Of a stretch of DNA of 64,000 nt, positions 8,727 through 18,354 are shown piece by piece. Numbering within the stretch: the first letter of the stretch is position 1; each line of letters opens with the position of its first letter. Source of the stretch: Nitrospirota bacterium (GTDB taxonomy: Bacteria > Nitrospinota_A > UBA7883 > JACRGQ01); contig JAJRYD010000036.1 in NCBI GenBank assembly GCA_024275955.1, forward strand, positions 1 through 64,000, given 5' to 3'. Under the pieces are notes generated by a model. It did no database searches, was not told where the DNA came from, and saw nothing but the letters and a program-made list of their open reading frames with translations. Position numbers and translations under genes: made by a program.

Positions 8727-9371
8727 CTACGGTTCCTTCGGCGTTGGTTTTGCGGCGGAGCTTGGGGCAGGCTGTTTATCTTTGTTGGGCGTGTATTGCC
8801 GCTTCTTGATAGGCTTTTTTTCTACTCCTCTGCTTGGATGGCTTGGAGCTGTTTTTCTTCTGCTCCTCGAATTTTTGGTAGCATTATCTTTGATGAGGTA
8901 TTTCTCGTCTATGGCGTAAAAATAGTCGGCCGCGTCTACTATCATCTGCGAGCAGGTTTCCCTATATGTCCAGACCTCCACTTTACAGCCGCGTGACTTT
9001 ACATACCAGATAAGGGGAAGGTAATCTTTGTCGCCCCCGACAATTACTATAACGTCCAGTTTGTCGGCCATTGTCACAGCGTCGATTATTAACCATGGAT
9101 CGGCATTTTTCATAGGTTGCTTGATTTCGCCACCCAGCTCAGCCCAGAACCGTCTAAAATCGTCGCTTATCTCTTTGTGTACCGGCTTGTAATAGAGGTT
9201 TCTGATTACCTGTCGAACACCGCCTACGCCCTCTATAAGCTTCTTATAGTCGGTTCTGCCTCCGTAGTAGTTGTAGCCGGACATCTCTACGTTCTCGGCA
9301 TCGATAAAAATGCCTATTTTTTGGTTGGATAGCAGTTTGGAACCGTTGTTTTTCACTTTCTTTTCGCTCAT
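8727..9371 (-). CDS. NYN/LabA-like (PIN-like) domain protein
   Basis: IGIFIDAENV...IVGGDKDYLPL is the NYN (PF01936) signature. The start is uncertain (TTG at 9419, ATG at 9389 or 9371). Confidence 0.65.
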   Translation of the reverse strand: MSEKKVKNNGSKLLSNQKIGIFIDAENVEMSGYNYYGGRTDYKKLIEGVGGVRQVIRNLYYKPVHKEISDDFRRFWAELGGEIKQPMKNADPWLIIDAVTMADKLDVIVIVGGDKDYLPLIWYVKSRGCKVEVWTYRETCSQMIVDAADYFYAIDEKYLIKDNATKNSRSRRKTAPSHPSRGVEKKPIKKRQYTPNKDKQPAPSSAAKPTPKEP

Positions 9372-10145
9372 TGGAGTGCATACTAACATGGCATATTTTA
9401 AAAATGAGAAATAAAACAACGAGAATTTGTAATTATTCGGTTTTTACTACAAAAATTGTAGCTCAGGTATATCGCAGATTAATGACCAGATGCAACTCAT
9501 TGTAAAAGCACAGCTTTCTAAAGTATCTATTTTGGTATCCAATTTGCAACAACTGTAGTTACCGGCGGGTAATGTTGCCGGGGTTTGGGGGCGATGGTTC
9601 GCCCACCATAAAAGCCTGTATGCCTCCACCGCTAGGCTGATAAAGCGAACCATGGTGTCATGACTGTTTACCCCCATAAATTTTTTGACACCGTCGCCCC
9701 CATCTTTTTTAATACTCCACCCTTCGTCACCTGCTTTAAATAAATTACAAAAAACTTTATGTTAGGGCTAAAGATTTTGTGGCTACAGTCCGATAAGGCA
9801 ACTAGGAAGGTATTTTTAGGTAAATTATGATTATAGTTGATTTGAGCGGAATGGGAAACGGTATAAGACCTATGTCCAGCTCCAGCCCTATGGGATCTGC
9901 CCAAGTGGCAGGGCGGCTGGAGAAAACTGGTGCCAACGTAGCACGTTCCGGCAGGGCTGTAGAGCGTTCTGTTTCCCAGATGAAGTCGCAGTATGCGCGT
10001 CCTTCCGGCAATTCGCGGATAGATATCAAAGCCTGAGTGAATCTGGCTTACTGTTTGCTCCGCGCTTGTTCCGGCTTTTTTCCGGTTCAGACCTACGAGG
10101 GATAGTCTTTTTAAGTTTTTTAAAGTAGCCGCGCGTGTCGGCTCT

Positions 10146-12707
10146 CTATCCCCAAAGAATGAGGCCCGGAATATATTTGGAGACCATATCTTTGTGGCTC
10201 GGCATTACTCTTATGGCAAAACCATGCGGGCCGGCGTTGTCGCACGGTATCTCTCCGCCAAAGCGGTATTCTCCTTCTTCGTTTTTATCTTCGCATTTTA
10301 GCGTTACTGTCTCGCCTTCAAGCAGTTCATCATGGCTCAGCGCTCCAAAATAGCATTCTACTACCAGCTCATCCGGTGATAGCCCGGCAAGCTGAATAAC
10401 AGTAGAGATACGTTTTCTTTGCCCCACTTTCAGGCTTTTAGGGGCTACACCCTCGTCAACGCTTATTACTTTAAGCTTGCTCCAGTCGTTTTTCAGCTTC
10501 AGCTTCCATTTTGCGAGCGATTTTATTATTTCCGGCTGTTCCACTACATACTTTTCCCAACGCCGGCCCAAAGGCAGGTAGAAACTTTTGGCATACTCCC
10601 TTACCATTCTGTTTGTATTAAACACAGGGTTAAGGGTTGTCATGCTCGACTTCATTTTGCTCACCCATTCTCTCGGCAGGCCGTCGGAACCTCTATTGTA
10701 AAAAAGCGGAATGATATCTTTTTCTATTACGTCGTAGAGGTTTTTGCTTTCCACAGCGTCCTGCACGGAGTGGTCTTCATAATCCTCACCATGCCCTATG
10801 GCCCAGCCTGTTTCTGGCGTGTATCCTTCATCCCACCATCCATCCAGTACCGAAAGGTTAAGCACGCCGTTGGCGGCCGCTTTCATTCCGCTTGTTCCGC
10901 TTGCTTCCAAAGGCCTTCTGGGGTTGTTAAGCCATACATCGCACCCTTGGACAAGGTATCTGGCAACATCTATATTGTAGTTTTCTATAAACACAAGGCG
11001 GTGGCCAAGGCCGTTTATTCTTGCGGCATGAATGATATCCTTGATAAGGTTTTTACCTTCCATATCTTTTGGATGGGCTTTTCCAGCAAAAATTATCTGA
11101 ACCGGCATATCTTTGCTACCAAGAATTTTAGTGAGCCGTTCGATATCTCTTAAAATAAGCGTTCCCCGCTTGTAGGTGGCGAAACGTCTCGCAAAGCCTA
11201 TCGTAAGAGTTTCAGGGTCCAGCACTTCGCTCGCGGTCTTTAGTTCGGATTCGGAAGCCCCTCTTCTTTTGAGTTGTTCCACAAGCCGCTTGCGGGTAAA
11301 CGCCACCAGCCTTTCCCTCCTCACCTCGTGCGCGCGCCATAGCTCCGAGTCTGGTATCTTTGAAATTTTTTTCCATATTGTGTCGTCGCCAGGTTTGTTT
11401 ATCCAGCTTACGCCGAGGTATCTTTCAAAAAGGTTTCTCAAGCCTTTGGATATCCATGTTCTTATATGTATTCCATTGGTTATGGAAAGTATAGGAACAA
11501 GGTCGATAGGAACATCTTTCCAGATATCTTTCCACATATGGCGGGAAACGTTTCCATGCAGTTTGGAAACTCCGTTGCTTCCGGCGGAAAGCCTCAGCGC
11601 GAATACCGTCATACAGAAAAGCTCTTCGTTGTCGCTGGGGTTTATACGGCCCAGAGCGATAAGCCTGTTTAAATCTATATCGGTATCCTTTATTACCGGC
11701 GTAACATAGGCCTGTACTATAGCTTTTTCAAATCTGTCGTTTCCTGCCGGCACGGGGGTATGGGTGGTAAAGACTGTCGAGGCTATGCAGGCTTCCTTCG
11801 CCTCGAAAAAAGTAAAACCTTTGTCACGCATAAGGTGTACTATCCGTTCGATATTCAGAAATGCCGAATGACCCTCGTTCATATGGAACGCGCTGACATC
11901 CACCCCTAGTTTGTGAAGAGCTTTTACCCCGCCGATGCCTATCAGTATCTCTTGTCTTATACGCATGTCAAGATCTCCTCCGTATAGCTGGGAGGTAATC
12001 TGCTGATCGTCCGGCCTGTTTTCTGGAATGTTGGTGTCGAGAAGATAAAGTGGAACCCTCCCAACCTCGGCCTTCCATATCTGGGCCTGTACGGTACGGT
12101 TCGGGTATGGAACTTTAACCTTGATAGGATTGCTATCGGCATCCATCTGTAGTTTTAGCGGAAGCAGATCAAAATTGTTGTCGTGCTGAACTTCCTGTTG
12201 CCAGCCGTCTGGGTTAAGGTATTGCTCAAAGTAGCCATGAGAGTAAGCAAGCCCAATGCCAACAAGCGGCAGGCCCAAATCGCTGGCTGACTTTAGATGG
12301 TCTCCAGCAAGAACGCCAAGCCCTCCAGAGTATATAGGGAGGCATTCATCTATGCCGAACTCAAGCGAGAAATAGGCGATATTGCTTTTTGGGTTCCATT
12401 CGTTTTGAGATGTCTCTTTAAACCATGTTTCTCCATTCAAGTAGTCTTTCAGCTGGAGAAGCACTCTTTTAGTGTGCGTAAGAAAACCATCGTCTTCCTC
12501 CAGCTCTTTTAACCGTCTCTGCGACGCCACGCCGAGGATATGCACAGGGTTGTGGTTAAGTTCGTCCCAAAGATCTGGTTCAATTCGACGTAGAAGATTT
12601 ACCGCGTCAGGGTTCCATGTCCACCAGAGGTTGTACGCGATATCTTCAAGAGGCGCTAGCTTTTTTGGAAGTGATGGCTCTACTATAAATTTGCGATATG
12701 TCGGCAT
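10146..12707 (-). CDS. glgP: Alpha-glucan (glycogen/maltodextrin) phosphorylase, GT35 family
   Basis: 853 aa with GT35 motifs (EGHSAF, FTTHTPVPAGNDRF, GTSGMKAAANG). Confidence 0.8.
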   Translation of the reverse strand: MPTYRKFIVEPSLPKKLAPLEDIAYNLWWTWNPDAVNLLRRIEPDLWDELNHNPVHILGVASQRRLKELEEDDGFLTHTKRVLLQLKDYLNGETWFKETSQNEWNPKSNIAYFSLEFGIDECLPIYSGGLGVLAGDHLKSASDLGLPLVGIGLAYSHGYFEQYLNPDGWQQEVQHDNNFDLLPLKLQMDADSNPIKVKVPYPNRTVQAQIWKAEVGRVPLYLLDTNIPENRPDDQQITSQLYGGDLDMRIRQEILIGIGGVKALHKLGVDVSAFHMNEGHSAFLNIERIVHLMRDKGFTFFEAKEACIASTVFTTHTPVPAGNDRFEKAIVQAYVTPVIKDTDIDLNRLIALGRINPSDNEELFCMTVFALRLSAGSNGVSKLHGNVSRHMWKDIWKDVPIDLVPILSITNGIHIRTWISKGLRNLFERYLGVSWINKPGDDTIWKKISKIPDSELWRAHEVRRERLVAFTRKRLVEQLKRRGASESELKTASEVLDPETLTIGFARRFATYKRGTLILRDIERLTKILGSKDMPVQIIFAGKAHPKDMEGKNLIKDIIHAARINGLGHRLVFIENYNIDVARYLVQGCDVWLNNPRRPLEASGTSGMKAAANGVLNLSVLDGWWDEGYTPETGWAIGHGEDYEDHSVQDAVESKNLYDVIEKDIIPLFYNRGSDGLPREWVSKMKSSMTTLNPVFNTNRMVREYAKSFYLPLGRRWEKYVVEQPEIIKSLAKWKLKLKNDWSKLKVISVDEGVAPKSLKVGQRKRISTVIQLAGLSPDELVVECYFGALSHDELLEGETVTLKCEDKNEEGEYRFGGEIPCDNAGPHGFAIRVMPSHKDMVSKYIPGLILWG

Positions 12708-12893
12708 GTAATATTAACCCCAAAATAAACTATTCGAAACAGGTCCGGCGCTAAAAAGCACCCAGCCATGCAATTTTACAGTGTTCGCGCCGGTTTCTAT
12801 AGTTATTTTATCTCTACAATACCGTTAGCGGCACCCAATAGTAACGGCAAAACGTAAGCGTTAAGCATAACGTGGAAATGGAGTGCCGGTTTG

Positions 12894-13568
12894 CTACATT
12901 GAAAGGTACTCGTTGGTGAACTTCTGGTAATTAAGGAGGACAGACTTGGAATATTTAGGATTTAACTTTTTGCCTTTCCTTATCGCTTTGCGTACGGCGT
13001 TTGGGCCTCGGTTATAAGCTTCCAGCGCAAACTCGATATTTTCAAATTTTCCTATCAGCTTGGATAGGTAGTGGATACCAAGCGTTATGTTTACCCTGCC
13101 GTCATTAAGGCTTCCTGTCTCATAGCCGGCCAGCTTTATTTCCCGCGCAACTTCCTCGCCGGTAGGGGCCATCAACTGCATAAGGCCCCTTGCCCCTTTG
13201 TTGGAAACGGCATAGCGGGAAAAAGAGCTCTCGGTTTTTATAACTCCCATCACCAAAAGGGGGTCAAGGTTGTACGCTCTGCTTTTTTTAAGTATCAGCT
13301 TGGCAATTTCTCTGGGGCTGTGTCCGAGCCTTTTCTCAAACTTGGAAAGTAACCCTTCAATTTTCGTCAAAATTTCGGCCTCACGTTTCATTTCCCTTGT
13401 TTTGGACTTAAGGTAGATAAGCTCCGAGTCGAGCCAGAGCTTCTCTTGCTCAAAATCGAGTGCTTTCGCACGGTAGTACTCAGTCGCTTGCAGGCAGACA
13501 AAGCCTACAAGCAGGCTCAGAGACAAAAATCTATAGAAAGAGCTTTTTTTACTCATCTGTTTCTCCAT
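12894..13568 (-). CDS. Lytic transglycosylase (SLT domain) with an N-terminal membrane anchor
   Basis: ESSFSRYAVSNKGARGLMQLMAPTG is the SLT catalytic motif. Confidence 0.8.
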   Translation of the reverse strand: MEKQMSKKSSFYRFLSLSLLVGFVCLQATEYYRAKALDFEQEKLWLDSELIYLKSKTREMKREAEILTKIEGLLSKFEKRLGHSPREIAKLILKKSRAYNLDPLLVMGVIKTESSFSRYAVSNKGARGLMQLMAPTGEEVAREIKLAGYETGSLNDGRVNITLGIHYLSKLIGKFENIEFALEAYNRGPNAVRKAIRKGKKLNPKYSKSVLLNYQKFTNEYLSM

Positions 13569-13755
13569 ATATTCCGTAAAGACGGTTATGGTTGTTTGGG
13601 AGACTAATCGAATAACGAAAACGCAACATCGCCTATTAGGCTGTCTACAATTTACGTTTGGAACAAATCTTGTCTAATGTATAGGCTATGTTGATAATCC
13701 CACCGGCTTTTCGGTGTAGATTAGAGTGTATTTGACGGAAAAGGTCAATAGATTT

Positions 13756-13783
13756 TTGGATTTTAAAAGTAATGTGCTATAAT
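13756..13783 (+). promoter_or_regulatory. Putative sigma-70 promoter of the giant acidic protein gene: -35 TTGGAT, 16-nt spacer, extended -10 TGcTATAAT
   Basis: Motifs are seen in the sequence about 70 nt upstream of the ATG at 13855. Confidence 0.45.
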
Positions 13784-13854
13784 ATCAACAGGTTATACTG
13801 TGGCTGGAATGAGGAAGAATTTTTTATGACCGTCAAAATATTGGCTGATATATC

Positions 13855-16800
13855 ATGCTGTTAAGCTGTCCCAAGTGTCGTAGCGGCTACGAAGTTGATA
13901 GTGAGTCAATTCCTAAGGAGGGTACTTACGCCCATTGCACTTCGTGCGAGAATATATTTTTTGTAAAGCACAAAACAACCTCTGGCACTAGCGAAGATAA
14001 GCCTCCCTCCGACAAGCCCGAGCCTTCCCAAACGCTCGGCGAAGAGGGCTCTTTTCCTGATTCTCACGATACCAGCGAAGGCGAAACAATAGCAAAATCC
14101 TTAGAGTCAGATTCGGACGATGGTGACGATTCGGATATTAATGATATCTCTACTAAAGCTTTCTTTTCTGAAGATATTGAAGATGACAAAGAAGATTTTA
14201 GCAGAACTCAGTCACTCTCTGCCCAAGCGGCCGAAGAGGCTTTGGGTGAAACCGAAAAATATATACTTGGAGAGAGAGGCGGTATAGAACCTGATGAGAG
14301 CCTTCAAGACGATACGGGGCAGGAGGAAGCAGAAGTTGAGTATCTTGAGAATGATGTTCTGCTGGAAGCCGATGACGACGATATCCTCATTAGCGATGGC
14401 GGAGATGACGGGCTAGAGGTTGACAGCAGTTTAGATTTTGGCGAAGGGGTAGATGTAGTAGATGAAAATGCGGGAGACGACGATTCTATCAAACTTCTCG
14501 ATTCCCAAATTGGTGAAATAGTACCCGAGGAGGTTTGGACAAAAGATTCTGCTAAAGCCGAACCTGACGACGATGTAATCTTAGAAAACTCCGACGATAA
14601 AATAGTCGAGACCATTCTGCAGGCCGATTCGGACCAGCCGGAGCCTGCCCAAACCGGCTCAGAAGTGTCAAGCTCCTCTGAATCCTCCTCAATGAAACCT
14701 GAGGCAATAAGGGACCCAAGCGATATTGATACTCTTTTCCTTGACGTGCAGGATGCTTTTGATGACGCGGATGAGGAGAACCCGGCCGCCTTAATAGAAA
14801 ACATGGACGATGTAGATGAAACTCCTCAAGAAAGTGTTGTGGAGGAAGAAACTGTTTTGGCTATCGCCCAAACTGTAGATGAAAGCGGGACGAAACAGGC
14901 CGAAGATGAAGCAGTTTCCACAGGTGATGGTTCACCGGCAGTTGAGACTGCCGGCAATAATACCGATAGCGAAGTAGATATCGAAGATATCGGCGCTGTA
15001 GCCGCGGATATTTCGGGTGAAATCGAAGTTGAGGACGGGTCGGAGGAGCTTGACACTAACGAACTGGAGTCAATTTTTGAGAGTGTAAATAACGCCGAAC
15101 CAGAGCCTGTTCCAGACGAATTGATAGATGAAATGCTTAGCGAAGATAAACAAGGTGGAGGTCTGCTCGACGAAATACTCGACGAAGGTTCTGCCGCCGA
15201 GGAGGGTAAAACTTTTGAGGTTCCAGAGCCAATAGATGACGAGGTCGACTCCAAGCTTTTCGGCATTAAGGGTAATGAGGGTACAAGTGTTCTTCCAGAA
15301 GATGCGATCGACTCTGTTCTTCAACATGCCGGTGACGGAAAAAGTGAAGATATCGAATCTGTCTTTGAACCGGGTTCCGATGAAGATGAAGATATTACAA
15401 GCTTTCTAGATGAAACTATGTCCGGCGAAGACGACGATGCGAACTTGCTGGATAGCGACATGGAAGCTATTTTTAGTGAAGGAGAGTTAGAGGCGGCTGT
15501 GCAAAAAGATGGCGTGGAAAAACCTCAAGCACCTGAAAAGCCCAAACCGAATCTTCAAGACGGCATAGATGCTCTTTTTGAGTCAAGCGTCAGTGGGCAG
15601 GAAACCGATGCCGAAAAAGAGGAAACGGTAGGCGACTTGGAGGCTATTGTAGATGCCGGAAGCGAAAAAGCTGTCGACGCGCAAAGCGAGATAGACGCTC
15701 TTTTCGAATCTTCGGCAAAGGAAGCTGAAAAATTACCTCAAGACGATCTCGAGGCATTTATTGACTCCGAGAGCAGTCTAAGCGAATCTTCCGTAGCGGA
15801 TGAAATACTAGGCGGCAATTCAGCTAAAGAGGAGCCTGCAAAAGAAGCGTCTGGTCAGGACGATATAGACGCGATATTTTCTGCCAACGCGCCAGAGGCA
15901 GAAGCGAAAGCAGATGATGGCGGTTCAGCCTCTGGTCAGGACGATATAGACGCGATATTTTCTGCCAACGCACCGGCGACAGAAGCGAAAGCAGATGATG
16001 GCGGTTCAGCCTCTGGTCAGGACGATATAGATGCGATACTTTCTGCCAACGCACCGGCGACAGAAGCGAAAGCAGATGATGGCGGTTCAGCCTCTGGTCA
16101 GGACGATATAGATGCGATATTTTCTGCCAACGCGCCAGAGGCAGAAGCGAAAGCAGATAATAGTGGTTCAGCGTCTGGTCAGGACGATATAGATGCGATA
16201 CTTTCTGCCAACGCGCCAGAGGCAGAAGCGAAAGCAGATGATAGTGGTTCAGCGTCTGGTCAGGACGATATAGACGCGATACTTTCTGCCAACGCACCAG
16301 AGGCAGAAGCGAAAGCAGATGGTAGTGGTTCAGCGTCTGGTCAGGACGATATAGACGCGATACTTTCTGCCAACGCGCCAGAGGCAAAAGCGAAAGCAGA
16401 TGATAGTGGTTCAGCCTCTGGTCAGGACGATATAGACGCGATACTTTCTGCCAACGCGCCAGAGGCAAAAGCGAAAGCAGACGAACCGCAGGAAGAGGCT
16501 CCTGCTGGAGATGGGTTAGTCTCTCAGGGCGATCTTGATGCTCTTTTTGCATCGGATGACCCTGCAGAGGAGAGTAGCTTGGCCGAAGATACCGCTGGAG
16601 CCGATGGTGCCGATTTAACAGAATCTGTAGGAATCGACACTGGTGATGAGCTGGAGGATCTTCTTTCTGAAACAGTCGATGTAGGTGCTGATGCTGGGTT
16701 GCCTGATGATGAAGCTGGTGTGTCAGTCTCTCAGGATGATCTTGATGCCCTGTTTGAATCCGAAGGTGGCGGGGATGCCGGTTCTAGTCAATCGGAAGAT

Positions 16801-17793
16801 GATGACCTTTTTAGCGAGGATGCCCAAGGGGACGGCGATATAGAATCTCTTATAGGTTCGGAAGCCGATACGGCGGATGAAGGTTCTGGCGAGGATGAGA
16901 GCATAGGCATAGATACTTCCATGCTGGAGTCGCTCGATGATGAACTGGGGGATGAAAAAGAGGCAGAATCTTCAGATGATGTTATGTCAGAAGAAGAGGC
17001 CGCCGCTTTGGTTGATCAAGGTGAAGATGGTGATGGAGAAGCTAAAAAGATAAGCTTCGGCACTCTTTTTTCTGGAAGCAGAAAAAAGAAAGCGGTGATG
17101 GCTGGTGTCGCTCTGTTGCTGGTAGCGCTTGGCGTAACTTTTTTCTACTACAAAGATACCTTTTTGCCTTCCGATAGCGAAGATATAGTTGCTCAAACAG
17201 GTGAGATAGTCGGCACCATAATTGAGCAGCCTGCTGTAATGGACGAACCTCTAGATGAGGCGGGGGAGGCTGTTGCCGAGAAACCAGCGGAATTTGCAGA
17301 AAGCGTTGAAGACGATTTTGCGGTTGTCGATGATGATTTTGTGGCTGTCGATGACGATGTAAAAGCGGAAGCGAAAGTAGCCCCCCAAAAGGAGGCAGGA
17401 AGAACAGCTCAAAAAAATGAGCAGGCAAAAGAGACCGCTTTTGCCCAGACTGGCAAAGCAGATGATGAGACTGTAGATTTTGCGGAAGGTAAAGATGTGA
17501 AGTTTGGGATAATAGTACCTGTCGATTACAATGCTCAGGCAGTTAGAGTAATGACAGCCGATGTAATGATAACCTTTAAAAGCTCGCAGGAGCGTGTTTC
17601 TGCCGAGAAGAAAAGGTTTTTATATGAAATGGCTATTGAAGACGAAATAGAAAAGTTTTTTCTGGAAAAATTTTATGAAGATACCCATTACGTTCAGGAC
17701 AAAATAATCGCCGACCTTAACAGCAAGTTTAAAAAGCGCCGCGATATGGGGAAAATTGCTGAAATAGATATTCAGAACTTCAAGCTTCGTTAA
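13855..17793 (+). CDS. 1312-aa hyper-acidic protein. It has an N-terminal MJ0042/AgmX-type zinc ribbon (CxxC-x19-CxxC), about 1000 aa of D/E-rich low complexity with 8x27-aa tandem repeats, one TM helix and a C-terminal globular domain
   Basis: CPKC-x19-CTSC at residues 5-31. The repeat unit is SGQDDIDAI[FL]SANAPEAEAKADDGGSA. The TM helix is VMAGVALLLVALGVTFFYY, and the C-terminal roughly 200 aa are non-acidic. Confidence 0.8.
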   Translation: MLLSCPKCRSGYEVDSESIPKEGTYAHCTSCENIFFVKHKTTSGTSEDKPPSDKPEPSQTLGEEGSFPDSHDTSEGETIAKSLESDSDDGDDSDINDISTKAFFSEDIEDDKEDFSRTQSLSAQAAEEALGETEKYILGERGGIEPDESLQDDTGQEEAEVEYLENDVLLEADDDDILISDGGDDGLEVDSSLDFGEGVDVVDENAGDDDSIKLLDSQIGEIVPEEVWTKDSAKAEPDDDVILENSDDKIVETILQADSDQPEPAQTGSEVSSSSESSSMKPEAIRDPSDIDTLFLDVQDAFDDADEENPAALIENMDDVDETPQESVVEEETVLAIAQTVDESGTKQAEDEAVSTGDGSPAVETAGNNTDSEVDIEDIGAVAADISGEIEVEDGSEELDTNELESIFESVNNAEPEPVPDELIDEMLSEDKQGGGLLDEILDEGSAAEEGKTFEVPEPIDDEVDSKLFGIKGNEGTSVLPEDAIDSVLQHAGDGKSEDIESVFEPGSDEDEDITSFLDETMSGEDDDANLLDSDMEAIFSEGELEAAVQKDGVEKPQAPEKPKPNLQDGIDALFESSVSGQETDAEKEETVGDLEAIVDAGSEKAVDAQSEIDALFESSAKEAEKLPQDDLEAFIDSESSLSESSVADEILGGNSAKEEPAKEASGQDDIDAIFSANAPEAEAKADDGGSASGQDDIDAIFSANAPATEAKADDGGSASGQDDIDAILSANAPATEAKADDGGSASGQDDIDAIFSANAPEAEAKADNSGSASGQDDIDAILSANAPEAEAKADDSGSASGQDDIDAILSANAPEAEAKADGSGSASGQDDIDAILSANAPEAKAKADDSGSASGQDDIDAILSANAPEAKAKADEPQEEAPAGDGLVSQGDLDALFASDDPAEESSLAEDTAGADGADLTESVGIDTGDELEDLLSETVDVGADAGLPDDEAGVSVSQDDLDALFESEGGGDAGSSQSEDDDLFSEDAQGDGDIESLIGSEADTADEGSGEDESIGIDTSMLESLDDELGDEKEAESSDDVMSEEEAAALVDQGEDGDGEAKKISFGTLFSGSRKKKAVMAGVALLLVALGVTFFYYKDTFLPSDSEDIVAQTGEIVGTIIEQPAVMDEPLDEAGEAVAEKPAEFAESVEDDFAVVDDDFVAVDDDVKAEAKVAPQKEAGRTAQKNEQAKETAFAQTGKADDETVDFAEGKDVKFGIIVPVDYNAQAVRVMTADVMITFKSSQERVSAEKKRFLYEMAIEDEIEKFFLEKFYEDTHYVQDKIIADLNSKFKKRRDMGKIAEIDIQNFKLR
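15850..16497 (+). repeat. Eight near-identical 81-nt tandem repeats inside the CDS
   Basis: Period of 81 nt (tctggtcaggacgatatagacgcgata...), varying at only a few positions. Confidence 0.9.
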
Positions 17794-17826
17794 TTCTTTA
17801 GAAATTTTCATACACTTTTTTGTATC

Positions 17827-18257
17827 TAGCCGTCCCTGAAAAAATTGTTTCATGCCTCAGACAAAGTTTAATATCGGTCTTAAACTCTTTGGAAATCGCA
17901 AGAAAAATGAAAAAGTAATCAAAAACATAGTTATTAAACTCAAGGTTATTTATAAAAATCTCCTCCTTAGCGAAGCGGAAGGAGGGGGAACTCGAAGGGC
18001 GGGGGGTGCTTCTTAGTCAGGTAAGCCTTCCGGCGTTCGACAGGCTCACGCCGTCTTCCCTTCTTAAAAAGGGAAAGATTTTTATAATCGCTTAAACAAT
18101 AAAGGGGCTGTTGCCGAATGGCATAAATTCGATTTTTCCACAAATCGCCAATCGCTAAAACCTCTCTTTTAAAGAAGTCAGAAAATAAACTTTTCTTTAA
18201 AACACTTAAAAACTCTTTTGGAAACAGTCCCATAAACAGCTTTTTCAGGGACGACTA
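17827..18257 (+). repeat. Type-2 structured repeat, copy B, carrying a nested type-1 element
   Basis: Termini are tagccgtccctgaaaaaa ... tttttcagggacgacta. The interior is about 90% identical to copy A. Confidence 0.85.
18104..18233 (-). repeat. Type-1 MITE-like repeat, copy 4 of 5, inserted inside type-2 copy B in inverted orientation
   Basis: The reverse complement gives gggactgtttccaaaagagttttt...ggcaacagcccc. Confidence 0.8.
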
Positions 18258-18354
18258 TTTAAGATTAAGTTCTTGGATTTCAGTTTCCATACACTTTTTT
18301 CTACCTAAGATTAAGTTCTTGAACTTTTGCGGCTTTGATGGGAGTATCTTATGA

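Noticed and set aside
10419-12711. Plus-strand ORFs (10419..11153, 11176..11709, 12297..12711 and others) opposite the glucan phosphorylase
   Set aside because: They are antisense to an 853-aa gene with clear GT35 motifs, and they have no recognisable domains.
13700-13860. Sigma-54 (-24 GG / -12 GC) promoters upstream of the giant gene, the RND operon and the secreted-protein gene
   Set aside because: The closest candidates have GG-GC spacing off by 2 nt or lack the TTGC element. Only a sigma-70-type promoter could be supported for the giant gene.
15850-16497. CRISPR array or diversity-generating retroelement repeats
   Set aside because: The only regular array in the window is the 81-nt in-frame coding repeat of the acidic protein. 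It has no spacers, no nearby cas or RT genes, and no YxDD motif in any ORF. The intergenic repeats are TIR-bearing MITE-like elements, not TR/VR pairs.
14304-16552. Antisense ORFs 14304..14804-, 14826..15266-, 15824..16552- within the giant acidic gene
   Set aside because: They are generated by GA/GC-rich low-complexity and tandem-repeat sequence on the sense strand (Ser/Leu/Pro-rich translations). The sense ORF of 1312 aa with a zinc ribbon, TM helix and C-domain is the real gene.
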